From NCBI GenBank assembly GCA_002189035.1, contig CM007989.1, positions 6,696,001-6,760,000 of the forward strand: 64,000 nt of DNA, read 5' to 3'. A program made the position numbers and the translations under genes. Under the pieces are notes generated by a model, which was given only the letters and a program-made list of their open reading frames with translations, was not told where the DNA came from and searched no databases. Below, piece by piece: positions 41,103-54,356 of this stretch; the first letter of the stretch is position 1, and each line of letters opens with the position of its first letter. This stretch comes from Utricularia gibba. Taxonomy: Eukaryota; Plantae; Magnoliophyta.

Positions 41103-42452
41103 TCATCTACCAGTGACCCATTCCATAGTACATCTTCAGAAACCCTGACTATATCTTCCACACAGACGGGATCCTCCTCGAAAATCAACAGATGCAATGA
41201 AATCTTTCATCCGTCCACATCCAACAACAAGAAAAACAAAAGCTGCCCCTAGTGCATGATTCTCAGTCGAAACTCTTGCAAACCAAAAAAACAGAGAACT
41301 GAATGACCCGCCCATGCATTTCAGCAAACCTGAATAATCAAATCCACAACACACCCTTACTTCGAAGCTCGCCCACCCGGCAGCAGCACCAGTAACCAGT
41401 GAGGCGAAGCGGCTCTCGGTATGCAATCCAATCCCACCGAACCATAATATATTCTCAAATCGGCCTCAATACCACAATTGACTGCAAAATCGCCATCGGC
41501 GATCAGCTGCGATCCTTCCAAATCGATCCCGAAGGTTCACTCTCGGAATCAGTGATGCATTTTGAAAAAAATAAATAAATATAAACGTTTCTAAAAAAAG
41601 ATGGGAAAACTGATCACTACTTTTTATTAAACCCAACTGGCTTCCTTAACCTGATTGGCTGCTCGTTTCCATAATATAACTTTGAATAAATGCATTTTTC
41701 TTAGTATTAATTCTTTAAATTTTAATGCCCAGAAAAATCGGGTTGCCACGCATCCAGCTGGCAATGCTCATGCAGTGTTACATTTCGCCTGGTGGCGCGG
41801 GCGGGTGGAATTCGCAAGTCCTTTTTAAATTCGATTTCTCCATTTGAATTATTATTCGATTATTATAACTTGAAAATTAAAATAAGAAAGTATTAAAATA
41901 TAAATGATTCATATTGATAAAAAAAACTACGTGTAATTATAGATTTTTTGAATTTTTAAAAATAAAAATAGTTCATGTTTTGTGATAAAATTCTAAAATA
42001 CTTATTTAAAAACTTGTTTAAAAACCTTAATTTTATTTAAATGTTTAAAATTGAAAGTGTGTGTTACATAAATATTATGTGTTTAAAGTAATAGTATATT
42101 CAATAAATATGTTTGGTATTCATTAATAATAAATATTATATAATCTTTATTATTAGTAATATTCTAATATTTTATAATAAAAATTTCAACATTGTTTTGT
42201 AAAATTTTTGAAATCTATTTTTTTTAAAAGTATTTAAAAAATAAAAGCAATTAATTTTTTTACTTTTATAAAAATAATTTTTATATTATAATTTTAAATG
42301 TATTTTTTTATAAAATTATTTTTATAATTAAAAATATTTTAGAATAAAACTATTTTTATTTTAAAAAAATAAAAATAAATTTTACAAATCACTGATTTCA
42401 TTAATTATCATTATGCATTTCTGAAATGGTAAAAAGACGGGGAAAAAAAGCC

Positions 42453-43682
42453 TCAAGCAGCTAAAGCCTGAACGCGGAAGGAGTTCATGACCTCCCGAAG
42501 AGTGGTCTCATCTTGAGAGAATGACTTCTCAGGTGCTTGTAGCCGGAGCTTGTACAGTCTGCTGTTCCCAACTCCAAGAACGGAAAGGTAACGCCGATCC
42601 CACTCCAGGCTCGTGACTCGATCCTCCGGCATCACCGCCATTTGGTTGTTGTTGGCGTAGGATTTGATGTTCACCTGATGAACGTAAAGAGTATCAGCTG
42701 CAGCAAGCCTAATGCAATGTACTCTTGCAGGCCTTCGTTCTAGGGAAATATAGCTTTGCATTGCAGGGCTTCACTATGAGATTCTAAGCTACTGGGATGT
42801 TGGTAACTGTGACTGACCTCGACTTCGTAGTATATGTTTCCATCATCTGCTTGTTTTGAGGAGGTGGAGAGGATGCTGGATTCTCGCCTGACCCCAAGTC
42901 TTGTGGACATGAACTCAGTCAAGTATTCTCTCAATATTATCTGGCCGGCTTCCTCTGGAGTGCCCAAGTCCTCGACACTTTTAAACCTGGAGGATGAAGG
43001 TGAAGAAATGTCCACCAGGAGATTCTCGTCAAGAACATAAGGATCTCTAAAGAATACATCAGCACCAGCCCCACGCACTTGAATCCAGTTCTGGGGGTAC
43101 TTAAGAGAGTAGCCATCGAAACTGTCGATGTACTCCCTGAAGCCGGAGGTTGCAGAACTGCCCACACTGGCTTGGGAGACGATGCAACCTGATAGAATCA
43201 GTGCTGTCAAGGTTCTTCTTCCAACTGCAAATTCTTTGCTCTGGTTATATGTTAGCAACCATCAGGCTAGGAGCATTGCAAAACTGATAATGTAATGTTA
43301 AGTGTTGGCCATTTGAGAATTACTGGATAACGAAGAGGATGAAGTTCAGTAACGGTGAAGTCTAATCTGAAATGTATGCTTCGGTTCACAAAGTTCAACA
43401 GATTGCCCGAGAAAAAGAGCACCAAGCTATATAGCATGATGACATTCAAGAGGAACTCGCAAATCAACTGTAATGGCAATAAACTCATTTGTGGTTCTCA
43501 AGAAATCTGAAACGAGAGCACTTTACCTCATTCATTTTGCAAGAAATTGGAACTTGGGCAGCAGCGGATTTCCATCCTTCAGCAGACCTTTGAATCGTAA
43601 TTCCGTGGAAACAATGCCCACCCTGCTTCGACGAGATTGAATTCGTCGGCGGCGCCTGAAAGCAGAGGAACACGGCGGCCAT
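42453..43682 (-). CDS. PPD1: PsbP domain-containing protein 1, chloroplast thylakoid lumen
   Basis: Exons 43682-43527, ~43240-42818, 42674-42453. Transit peptide and RR motif (GRR), then DGYSLKYPQNWIQVRGAGADVFFRDP, EFMSTRLGVRRES, VNIKSYANNN, EWDRRYLSVLGV. Confidence 0.9.
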
Positions 43683-43885
43683 CTTGCGCAGTCCTTCGCG
43701 TAAGAAGGCAGTTTATCAACACGATAGTGTTTGTATGGCAGCCGAATACGGGCCAAAGAAGACTTTTTTATACAATGTTTTTTTACAGTAAAAGAAGGGG
43801 TTTTGTGAATTTGGTGTTACAGGGTTCAATTCAAACAATCACCAACTCCGCAGCCATCTCTAGCTGAGACCCAACTCCGGCCACG

Positions 43886-45597
43886 ATGTCGATTCGATCT
43901 CCTCTTGTCGTCGTTTCCCTTTGCTTTGTCGTCATCAGCTCTGCTCCGTTCGTCGCATCTCATCATGATTCCGGCGACTGGCACTGCGAGACCGATGACC
44001 AGCCCCGAATCGACGCACAGTTCAGGCCCGGAGTTATCACGGTTGATGGGCGCGCAAACGAATGGATCGATGTCAATGGTTTCGAGTTTCCGTTGCGCCC
44101 TGCTCTCGACCCAGATGAAGATAAGGAGTACAAAGCTGGAAAAATGACAGTCAAGGTATCAAAGTTTACCTCAATTGGTTTCTCAAGATGCTTCAATTGT
44201 TCAATCCTGATGGGTTCTTTGCAAATGGTTACTTCTAATATTGATAATCAATTGCACAGGCTTTGCATGATGGAAGAGATGTTTACTTCTTGCTGCAATT
44301 TGATGGAGATTTTGCTTACTCCAAAGGGTGTGCCATAAGTTTTTATTTTCCGAGTGCTCATGCCTTTTACTTTATGATCTCCTATTTTTATCTGAGAAAG
44401 GTTCAAAATCACAACTTTGCAGCGAAAACCGTAAGTGCGCATCAGCATCCTTAATGTTTCAAGTTGGGGAGAATGCTACATACCATAGTGTATGCCAGTT
44501 GCTTACTCCCAAGTCATTGATTTCCATCAAAATTCTTGCTAATCTTTTTTTCGTTTTCGAATAAGATGGGGGGCTGCAAGCAATCTCGAGATGTATGCAA
44601 CAGCACGAATTGCCGTGGCCATGAAGTGGACATCATGCAGTTCACCATTGGAAGTTCCATCCCAGGAAGATTGTACGGGAGCAGTTCCATGAAAGCAGAT
44701 GGAAAAGCAGATGTGTAGGTATCAATATTTCTCACATTACTGGCAACTATACTTCACTCATTTGAGTTCATTTCAAATAGGGATGGTTTGGTTGATATGT
44801 ACGCATGGAGTCCGCATTGCCGGCACATCGACGGCTCTGGATCTTCAGGTATTTTGCAGTGGCTGGTAACATGAGCACATGATCTTTATCAGTGATTCAG
44901 AATCACCTTGTAACTTCTCTTTTTCATTGTTCCACATGAAAAGGCACGGTTGTGAATGACTGGACTGGTGCGTGGTGGCATAGCAGTTTTTCATCTCACT
45001 CAGGCCAGTGCTCTCTTACCCTCACTGCAGTATTTCCTGATTCCCCTGATCCTAAACAAACGAGTACCAACATCAAATGCAGAGTACATTGAGGAGGAAG
45101 CTCCATATGGATCATCTGGCCAAGCGGGAACATATTTTTTCGAATTCTCTCGGCCTCTACGAACCACAGATCGCCTTCAGCAGGTCTTTTCACTATTCCA
45201 ATCACTCTCCACGTTCCTATATTTCCAGAAGATAGATCTCCATACATCATTATGGTACTGGTTTCTGATAAGATAGATTCCTGCTCTTCATTCACTGAGT
45301 GCAGGATGCACAGTTCACGATTGGCCAAACCAGCAGATTTTCAGCTGCTTTTTGGTACCCAACCGATGGGGCTCCATGGTCCGGCTCATCCACTACACCA
45401 TTGGCTGCGATTGGGTACCACTGGGGATCACTTCCGGCTCAACTCTGCAAGCCAAAGCTCCTTCTTCCAGCGGCTGGGAAGCTGCTAGCGGTTTTGCAAT
45501 CCTTTTCTCTTCTGTTGCCTTTGGGCTGTCCCTTTTCGTCTGGTACGCCGTTTCGAGATCAAAATCAGTGGCTTTTACTCCCCTTGATCGTCTGTAG
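43886..45597 (+). CDS. Secreted/membrane-anchored heme-binding protein with a DOMON-like (cytochrome c-552/DMSO reductase-like) domain
   Basis: Exons 43886-44155, 44260-44327, 44423-44489, 44566-44714, 44781-44848, 44944-45003, 45083-45183, 45305-45597. Signal peptide, motifs ITVDG, ALHDGRDVYFLLQFDG, GHEVDIMQF, NDWTGAWWHSS, FEFSRPLRTTDRLQQD, and a C-terminal TM helix. Confidence 0.85.
45004..45082 (+). other. GC-AG intron in the heme-binding protein gene
   Basis: CAG|GCCAGT donor. Of the donors I tested (this GC and the GT at 45008), only the GC keeps the frame into E-YIEEEAPY. Confidence 0.7.
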
Positions 45598-46743
45598 GTG
45601 ATGGTGCCTGTCAGTTAGCCATTTTTCTCCTTGTTTGCTCCTCAGTTTTCGAGAATCATCATATAATCAACCAGTCATGTTGTTTGTGTACAAAACAGTT
45701 GAGGCATTGATTTGGTTGCTGGGTTTGGGTTTATGTGAAAAATAATGTTTGGGAATGTAAGTTTCATTTATTTGAGTAATATGGTATTTTTTTTATTTGA
45801 AATAAGTGTTTGATATTATCAAATTTATAGAAAATTACATTTTTACCACATAACTTTCAGGTTGGTATTCGATTGGACATAACTCAGGTTTACTTCATTT
45901 GGATTTAAATGAATATATTTTGTTGGTTTAAAAAATAATTTTTGTTTGGTTGATAATTATAATTTATTTGAGTTATAATTAAATACACGTCTGATATTGG
46001 GGATAAAAATTGAATATTTAATGATTTTATGTATAAAATTATAAATATGTTCTTTATGTAAAATATAAATATTATAAATAATTTGATCTTTTCTCATTAT
46101 TCAAATTTAAATTCACATCAGCCTATATATTATCTTCGATTTTATAACCTCCTTCCTATGTATTTTCCTCTATCAACTTCATCCATAGATATGCCTAATT
46201 CATTTGAAGATTGTATAATAAAAAAAACCATACAAACCTATAAGCATGATGAGGAGAAGAATCTTATCTATAGTCTTAATCAAATTAAAGGGATGCAATA
46301 GTATTTCCAAATGAAGACAAATTCATAGAAAAGAGAAAATAGAGTGATTAAATTGAAATAAAACAGAAAATCAAATAATTAAAATTAAGGATAAATAAAT
46401 ATTTCTAAAGATATATATAAGTATATGATGAGGAAATTACGGGCTGCCTAATCTTGACGCGACGCGTAAGCCTGTAATTTCAGTGACGGTGTTCGAGGTA
46501 CGGCTCCGCCGCTTCAGCTTCGATGCTTATCTTCCGGCTGCATTCATTGCATGTGCGCGTGATTCCAGTGAATTTTGTAGGGTTTCGATTCTGAGTGGGG
46601 ATTTTGATGCGCTTTTACTTTTCCTGAAGGACTCCTTTTTTGAATCAAGCGCTTCTGGTTTTTCTGGTGTTCTTTTATCAGGAATAGGACGCTGCTTTCG
46701 TCTTGGCCCATTTCACTGAACTTATCCCGGCGGGCTTGCTTCG

Positions 46744-48445
46744 ATGTATGGTTACCTCAAGTTCTTTTGTCTTTCCCCTTTTTCGGCGCTGTTCAGTTGT
46801 GTTTCTTCACGTTTATCTGCTTCCATGGATTTTTTTCTTGGTCTAACTCTTTGGGTATGTTTTTTATCTGCATAGGAACGTTACAGATACTCTGTGTCGT
46901 TGATACTTTGTTTTCGATCATCTCGATTCCTGAGGTAGGAAAGTATGTTTCCAGCTTTTTTTTTCTTCTTCTGATGTTAAGGATGCGTTGTTTCCTCAAA
47001 CTCGTGTGATTGTTTTGTGATTATACCAGTGAAGAGCCTGATTATCCTTCATCGCTATCCTGTGCCACTTGCTTCGTCTCTCTCAGATCTCCCATCTGCT
47101 CGGTTCCCACGCCCTCTCTCCTATCTGACCGCTGCTTTATCAGCCAAAAGCTGCCGTCTTAAGATATCTCAATTTATCACGGGAAACTCCCTCTTCTCTC
47201 GGATGGAGGTAATAGCTCATTCCTGTTTCCTGTGAATACTGAGTTTTCACTGCAGCACAATCGGAACCTGGTTTTACTTGGTACTATTTTTGTTGATTGT
47301 CCGTTAAGGTTAGTAATTAACTGTTTGAGATAAGAATGTTGTCCAGTTAGCATAGATGTTAGGACTGAACGTGCATAGTAAAATGTTAGGAATAAAACTC
47401 TCAATTTTGAATGTGTGGATGGTATCTTCGTTGCTTCTGCAGCGATTCTGGCATGGAAGCGGGATCAACAAAAACAAAGAAATGGTTGACCATTTGAGAA
47501 GCTTTGGGATTGTAAGATCGAAAAAAGTTGCAGAAATAATGGAAACTGTTGATAGAGGTCACTTTGTTCCTGAGGGTACACCACCATATGTTGATAGTCC
47601 CATGCAGATAGGCTATAATGCTACTATTTCTGCACCTCACATGCATGCGATGTGCCTTGAATTGTTGGAGGGCCACCTAAAGCCGGGCATGCATGCACTC
47701 GATGTTGGTTCAGGTATTAGTGTGTTGCTGCTGCTGTTGGAGATTTTGGGAACTGAGATGATATTGGGGATATGCTAGTGTACTCAAGGTTATGTGCATC
47801 TTGTTTCTCATAGTACTGTGTGCAATTTGTAGGTACGGGGTATTTGACTGCATGTTTTGCCATCATGGTTGGACAACAGGGTCGTGTTGTTGGCGTAGAG
47901 CATATCCCCGAGTTGGTTGAATCTTCTATTAAAAATATACAGAAAAGTGCTGCAGCTCCCCTTTTGCAAGGGGGATCACTCTCATTGCATGCTGCTGGTT
48001 AGTCTGAGTCACACCTTTTTCATGCTTTCCTGCATCTTCCTTTACTTTTGAATGGTATGCTGGTTGGTGGTTTGGAGATGTTTACTTTCATGCTCTGTGC
48101 TTCGTGTCCCTATTCCTGATGTCATCAACACTACCATTCCTCCATGGGTTTTATTAGACTTTTGTGCTTGATGTGTTGTTTGCATCGCAACAAGATGGAC
48201 GGCTAGGGTGGCCAGAGCTCGCACCATATGATGCAATTCATGTTGGAGCTGCTGCAGCAGTGATTCCTCCGGCACTTATAGAACAACTGAAGCCTGGTGG
48301 AAGACTGGTGATACCGGTTGGCAATATCTTCCAGGACCTGCAAGTCGTCGACAAGAAAGAAGATGGGACCGTGACAGTTAGGAGCGAGACTTCGGTTCGG
48401 TATGTTCCACTGACCAGCCGCGATGCTCAGATCCGTGGTTATTGA
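46744..48445 (+). CDS. PIMT: Protein-L-isoaspartate O-methyltransferase (PIMT); long and short N-terminal forms possible
   Basis: Core exons: ATG 47203-47208, 47441-47713, 47833-47997, 48195-48445. Motifs [60 protein letters not shown] tentative upstream ATG at 46744 (exon 46744-46750 spliced to 47030) adds a Ser/Arg-rich extension. Confidence 0.9.
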
Positions 48446-48878
48446 CAGGTACACCGCGCCACACCCGTTCTAGTAGTGGGCATCCAAATAAGTAGTGTGA
48501 TCATGGTCGCTTAGAATAAATACTCATGCATGTTTGTGTGTATCCTTGTCACTTGCGATGCGTTGTCATCTGGATATGTAAAAAGTTGCCTTTGAACGAC
48601 ACCCATGTGGCATCAACATGTTTAAATGCAAATGTAGATTTCAGGAACGAAAAGCTCAGAATTTTTTAATGGGGAAAAGAGATCATCAGTGCCACCCCCT
48701 AGATGTAGCGAACATGAGTAGCTATTCGCTCCCTCGTGTTTGATTTAATAACTACAGATGCTGTGTTGAAGCCGCGGCAAAACTGAAAAGCATCTTGATT
48801 CATCTTAGAATGCAAAAGAGCAGGGGAGTCAGCATCCAGGCCGGTGGAAGGAGCCAATCATGATCGGAAATCTTGATT

Positions 48879-50610
48879 CTACAAAAGCTTCAATCCTCCA
48901 GTTACATCATCGACAAGTTCAGCAGGTCCTGAACCATGGGAGATGCAAGATTTGAAACATGACAGCGTTTATAGAACTGAAAACTGAGAATTGAGGCCTC
49001 ACCCAGGATCGCCATGACGGTCTTTGAATCTGGACACAAATTGTAGCCAATGAGTATTCCAGTAAACGGGTACATGGATATAAACAGTAGTATCAACAAG
49101 GACAATATGCGGAAGGGGTAAGCCAGTTAGACCACATGGGACTCCTGAAACATTCTAGCTGAGGCACATGCCCTATAGAAAGTTTTTTTATGTACGTAGG
49201 AGTTGCATCTAAGATGATGGATGGATTATACAGAACTGAAACAAAAGTAACTGGAATCTGCTTCATAGAGTCATGACACTAACTTGGAGCAATCTGCGTC
49301 CTCCCTGCATCTATTGTAATATGTTTAGGCAAATTAAGTGATTTTGCTCTCTCCTGCAAGAGCGGTGAAAAAATCAGCAAACAAACATCAGTAATATGCT
49401 GTTCACGAATTCCCACGCGCATGATGATTTGTAGGAAGAAAGAGGATATCACGTAAAAGGTTGAAGTTCAGAATCCCAGTGCAAAAATAAGGCGACTTCA
49501 GCTGTCTATGCTTCTGGACAACTGGATGAACTAATCCAATACGGCTCCATCTTTTGTCCCACTAATTACAATCAAAATTACAAAATCCCAAAATGATTTG
49601 GGAGAGCATCATACTCTCCAAAGCTAACTAGCGCGTGAAACAGCCAACAACTGATCTAATGAATTGCTTCTATGCCATAAAACTAACAGCTGAAATGAAA
49701 AACAAAAACAAAAAATAATCCTATCAGGTTCCAAATGAAATGAGAAAGACAAGATCTCCCCTGTTGTTTTACCTGCAAAACGACCATGTCATCTTCACTC
49801 TCAATTTTCACAACAACTTTTACCTGCCCGCACCTCTCCCATCTGTATCAACACTAAGCTTGTATACCTTCAACGAGTGCTTAAAAGAACCAGAGGGTGC
49901 AGTCAGAAGGTTTAAAGGAATACCTTGACAAGGATTTTGGGGCGCGCTTTACAAGCTTCTTATACAGACCCAATGTCGCGTGGCTGGGGACATCAAAGCA
50001 AGTCAGCTAATGCTCAGCAAAGGATTTCAATGCGAAGTGCAATGAACAATGATGCAAAAAAAACCAACTGTTTTGCTCCAATGAAGTCAAAAAGAAATCT
50101 TCGTGGGAAGAAAGACAAATACCCAGGCCATACTAAACTCTCATGATTCAACCAACCATACCTGCATTGGGCAGCAATCTTTCCTTTCCCCATCTTGAGA
50201 TCATTTCTGACAACCAATACCTGGATTAAACTCAAACCATTCAAGAAGTTTGCAGTATCATGCTCAAGATCATGACTTCTATGCATTTTTTATGTTGGAG
50301 TTAGGTCAGAACAAGCAACATAGAAACACAGTTATACCATTTTAAAGTCTTCAAGAATATCAGCAAGCTTTTCAACCTCCAGAGGATCTTTAACACCATT
50401 ACCCTTCTTCTTCTCACTCTTAACTACTTCAATTTCCTTGGGTTGTCTCGACATACGTAGAGCTTGTGAAGAACGATGTCCCCCAACAAGGTATCCCATG
50501 GCCAAACAGCCGGCACCAATTAAAAACATACTAACCCACGTAATTTCTATCGGATACAACCCAAAAGTAGCACCATTCACTGCATCGAAAGTAGAATTTC
50601 TCTTTAGCAT
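48879..50610 (-). CDS. PTH2: Peptidyl-tRNA hydrolase 2 (PTH2 family) with N-terminal membrane anchor
   Basis: Exons 50610-50338, 50220-50162, 49983-49924, 49842-49773, 49353-49284, 49029-49003 (27 nt), 48928-48879. Motifs [58 protein letters not shown]. Confidence 0.9.
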
Positions 50611-51068
50611 TTGAATACCGAATCTACCAAAATAAAAAGAGCACAACGCAATTATCTACCAGAAACAGGAAAACACGAACCCGATAAAAGTGACAGAGCA
50701 GCGAGAAGCAGCATTGAAACAAACTGATTATTGATTCCTTAAACGAAACTTCGTCGAACGGGGATTGCGATTGTGGTCTTCGAACAACGCAGACGAAGCA
50801 GTATCCAAGAAATCAAAATCCCTACTTGTAGCTCGGATTGAACGTGCGCAGGCCAATCGGAGATGGAGAATTCGAATTTCTCACAGTACGCGACAACAAA
50901 CCAGTCACCATGGACGGACTCGCGCTCTAAATTGGGAGATGGGATTCCAGTTTTAAATTATTAAAAATAATTAAAAATTCCAAAAAAAAAAAAAAAACTA
51001 CTACAACTTTATTTAATTTTTTAATGGCTAATAAAAAAATACTTTCCATAGCCACTGACAAGAGAGCT

Positions 51069-52686
51069 TCAGTGAAGGAACTCAAAGAACGGGTGCGGAC
51101 CGGAACGGTGGAGACGACGATTCAGGCGATCGGAATCCCCTTCCGCTTCCACACCGGCACGGATTCCGCTGTTTAAAGGGAAAAGCTCGAGGGTTTCCGG
51201 TTTCTTCCTTGAGAAAACAGTGATGACGTCCAGAGGCTGTGGTGGAAGCACAGCGACAGAACTAGCTGAAGAGGAAGAAGAAGGAGCTATGTGGTTAGTT
51301 GAGCATGACAAATACATCATCTGTTGCTGTTGCAGTAACTGAGCATCCTCCAGCAATCCCTCATGTACCATGCTCTCTCCTTCTTCAGCCTGCGCTCCAC
51401 CCTGCGAGGTCTGCATGCATTGAACATTAATCATGTAAAGATGAAAGGGAAATACAGATTGTAATGATTATGGGAAATGCAAATGTGTAAGATGCCTTTG
51501 AGACAGTCTGGTTTTGTATCCGAACCATGCTTGTAGTTTGAACACTCGTTAGTATACAAATGGAAAGTTTGGACAATGAAGAGGTTCTTACACGTCTGTA
51601 TGCATATAAATGTGCAAGGCATGGAGGCACACAGACCAAGAGGAAGTATCACAGCAATGGCAGCTCAGACATAGAAGAGAAGGGGGGAAGGCCTGCAGAT
51701 TTTAATCTCTCTCTCCCAATCCCTTCCCCTTCCCTACCAACGATATCTCGAATCATGCCCTAATTATAACCTAACTTATGCCAGGTACAATGTGACCTTA
51801 TCTCTGCTATAGGGCAGGCCCCGCTACCACAAGCACAGTTGCCGGATACTGTTGATGCATTTCCCCATGCAAAATCAAAGCTAGGGCGTTTGTTTTCTTG
51901 TTGTTATTATCTTTTGTTGTTATCTGCTAGTAAACCAGCAGACTGCTTACTTGTTTCTGGATGTATGTAAATTTACAAAACAAAGAGGCTCTTGGTACGA
52001 GTATGAGGAAAAGAGAGACAAGAAGGAACCTCTGCAACTGTAGTGGAGTTTGTAGAAGGAGGCCAGCTTTTTACGTGTTCGAGTTCATCAGCATCTCTAG
52101 CTGCAAAAACCACAGAACAGAAGGACACAATGAAAAGGGTGTTGAAACTCGAATCACGCTTCCTCATTTTTCCCACCTTTTTCTGCAGAAATTGTGTTCT
52201 TCGACTGTTGCATTAATCTTCGATAATGGTGTTGTTGTTCGTGGAGTTGACGGCGCCGTTTAAGGCGCTCCCTCGCCTTGTGATTCTGAAACCAGTAGAA
52301 GACATTCTTCCCCTCTACAAAACCGTACCGCCGGAGCTGCGCGGTTATCTGCTGGATTTGCTGGGCGGATGGCGAACGAGTCCCCAGCCGGTATAGCTCC
52401 TCTAGCGTTTGAAGCTGCTCCGGCGTCGGGTACCACCGCGAAGTCGCCGACACGCGCCGTGGGTACACCAGCTCCCTCTTGCTGTGGTCGGTCATACCTG
52501 CAAATAAGCCCTAAATGAGCAGCTTCTTTAACTCTAGGGTTTCCACTGCATCGACTCACCCAGATGGTGATTCAGCGCAAGAATATCAGCTCCGCGGATG
52601 GCGGGGATGAGTGGGCGGTCCCCGGGAAATGGATCCGGTCGGAGGTTGATCGCTCCGCCGTCCTTGTGCTCCATCGTCCACGTCAT
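51069..52686 (-). CDS. WUSCHEL-related homeobox transcription factor, WOX1/WOX6 clade
   Basis: Exons 52686-52560, 52497-52177, 52100-52030, 51410-51069. N-terminal RPLIP, homeodomain [10 protein letters not shown]...[27 protein letters not shown] box TLELFPL, C-terminal FFEFL. Confidence 0.9.
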
Positions 52687-54261
52687 CTCGGACTCCAGAG
52701 GTAGCAACTAAAACGAAACGCTGGTGGAAAGGAAAGTGGAAAGCTGTCGGTACGCGAGAAGGAAATTTCTGGAACACGATGAATGCAGACAACAAGGGAG
52801 ATAATAAAAGAAAGAAATATGAGTGTTTTTTACCCAGTGGGTCCCACTCAGCCACCCTTAATTTTTTAATAAATCATTATTTAAATAAATCCAGCCTGGG
52901 TTTCAGAAAGAATAAATACAGATAAATATTTACTTTTATATACTAAAATGGTGCAATAGTTGCAAACTTATGTTTGAAAAATGTCATGATTCAAAACAAT
53001 TTTATTATAAAATACGAATGATTTATGTTTTAAAAAGTAAAATCTAAAAATTTCATTTTTTAGAAACACTTCTCAACATTTTTTTTTATGAATCTATATC
53101 AAATAGAGCCTAATTGTTGATTTAATAGGAAACTTTCATTTAAACCATGCGAATATGATGAATTTAATTTATGCAAGAAAATAGAGATTTGGAAAAACAT
53201 GGTTTTTGTATAAAATGTTATTTAACAAATAATCAGTCATCATTTTTTCAATATCAATAAATAATAATCAGTTAACATCTGTTTGATAAAAAAAATCATT
53301 ATAAATTTATATAAAATATTAATAAAAAATAATGATTAAATACATTTTAAAATTCTATTTACATTTTCCTTCCCTAGTTAGACTATTTTGTGCTATCTAA
53401 TTTCAAAACTTTTAGACACATACAAAAATAGTGAAGACTTAAAGATCGATAGCGTATACATTGACATAAAGAGAATGAAATTGATAGCTGGAATTTTAAA
53501 AAAAAAATAATAAATGTAATATTGTATTTTGAATAATGAGATTAATTAAACTCAACTAATAAAAATGTAATAAATGTAAATCTAATTGTTTATCATTTAT
53601 ACATTATTTTTATATTAAATTTTAATATAAAATATAACCCACTTTTATTCTCATTTTTTATTATCAATTCGATTATTCAACATTTGGGTTTCATAACTAT
53701 GAGACCAATTTATTTTTGGTAAGTACAATCATCATTTTCCTTGTCTTTTTTTTAATTAGTACAATCGTTTCTATTTCATTTTTGGTAAGTGCAATCTTTC
53801 ACTTTGATAAGTGAAAAGAATTTGTGTGATATTTTTTTAAATGAAATTATCCCGAAAGAAATACGATAAAATTCTAAATAATTAATATAGTTTTTAATTA
53901 ATGATATTCAATTTTTCAGAAACTTAAAATGATTATCGAATTTTTTGAACATTATTCCTCTAGAAATAGACAGTTGACGAGGAGTCAGTCTGAAGTCTTA
54001 ACTTGAATTTTGGGTGTCCCGCAAGAGGTAATAAAGAAACAAAGAGGGTAATAAATAATGGGTAAGGGATTGCAAGTCACGTGCGGGTGAAACAGTGAAG
54101 CACGTGGGGGACAGAGAGGAGAGATGGATGATGAGGGCTATCATGAGCCCCCTCTCTGCACCTTCCTTGTGTTTTCGTTGTTTTCACACCTTGCAGTTGA
54201 ATATCCAAACTGCAGCTCCTCCCTTTCTCACCCAATTCCGGCGAGACTCTGTAGATTGTTT

Positions 54262-54303
54262 TTGACTTCCCGCTTCTCCTCATACACAAAAGCTGCGGGA
54301 AGT
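54262..54303. repeat. Perfect 11-bp inverted repeat (hairpin, ~20-nt loop)
   Basis: tgacttcccgc ... gcgggaagtca, about 1.6 kb upstream of the WOX start codon. Coordinates within about 1 nt. Confidence 0.8.
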
Positions 54304-54336
54304 CAGCAGACTGTGATCAGATGGAAGCTTCTTGAC

Positions 54337-54356
54337 GCCGGCCGGCCGGCCGGCCG
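54337..54356. repeat. (GCCG)5 self-complementary microsatellite
   Basis: gccggccggccggccggccg. 54337-54354 is a perfect 18-bp palindrome. Confidence 0.9.
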
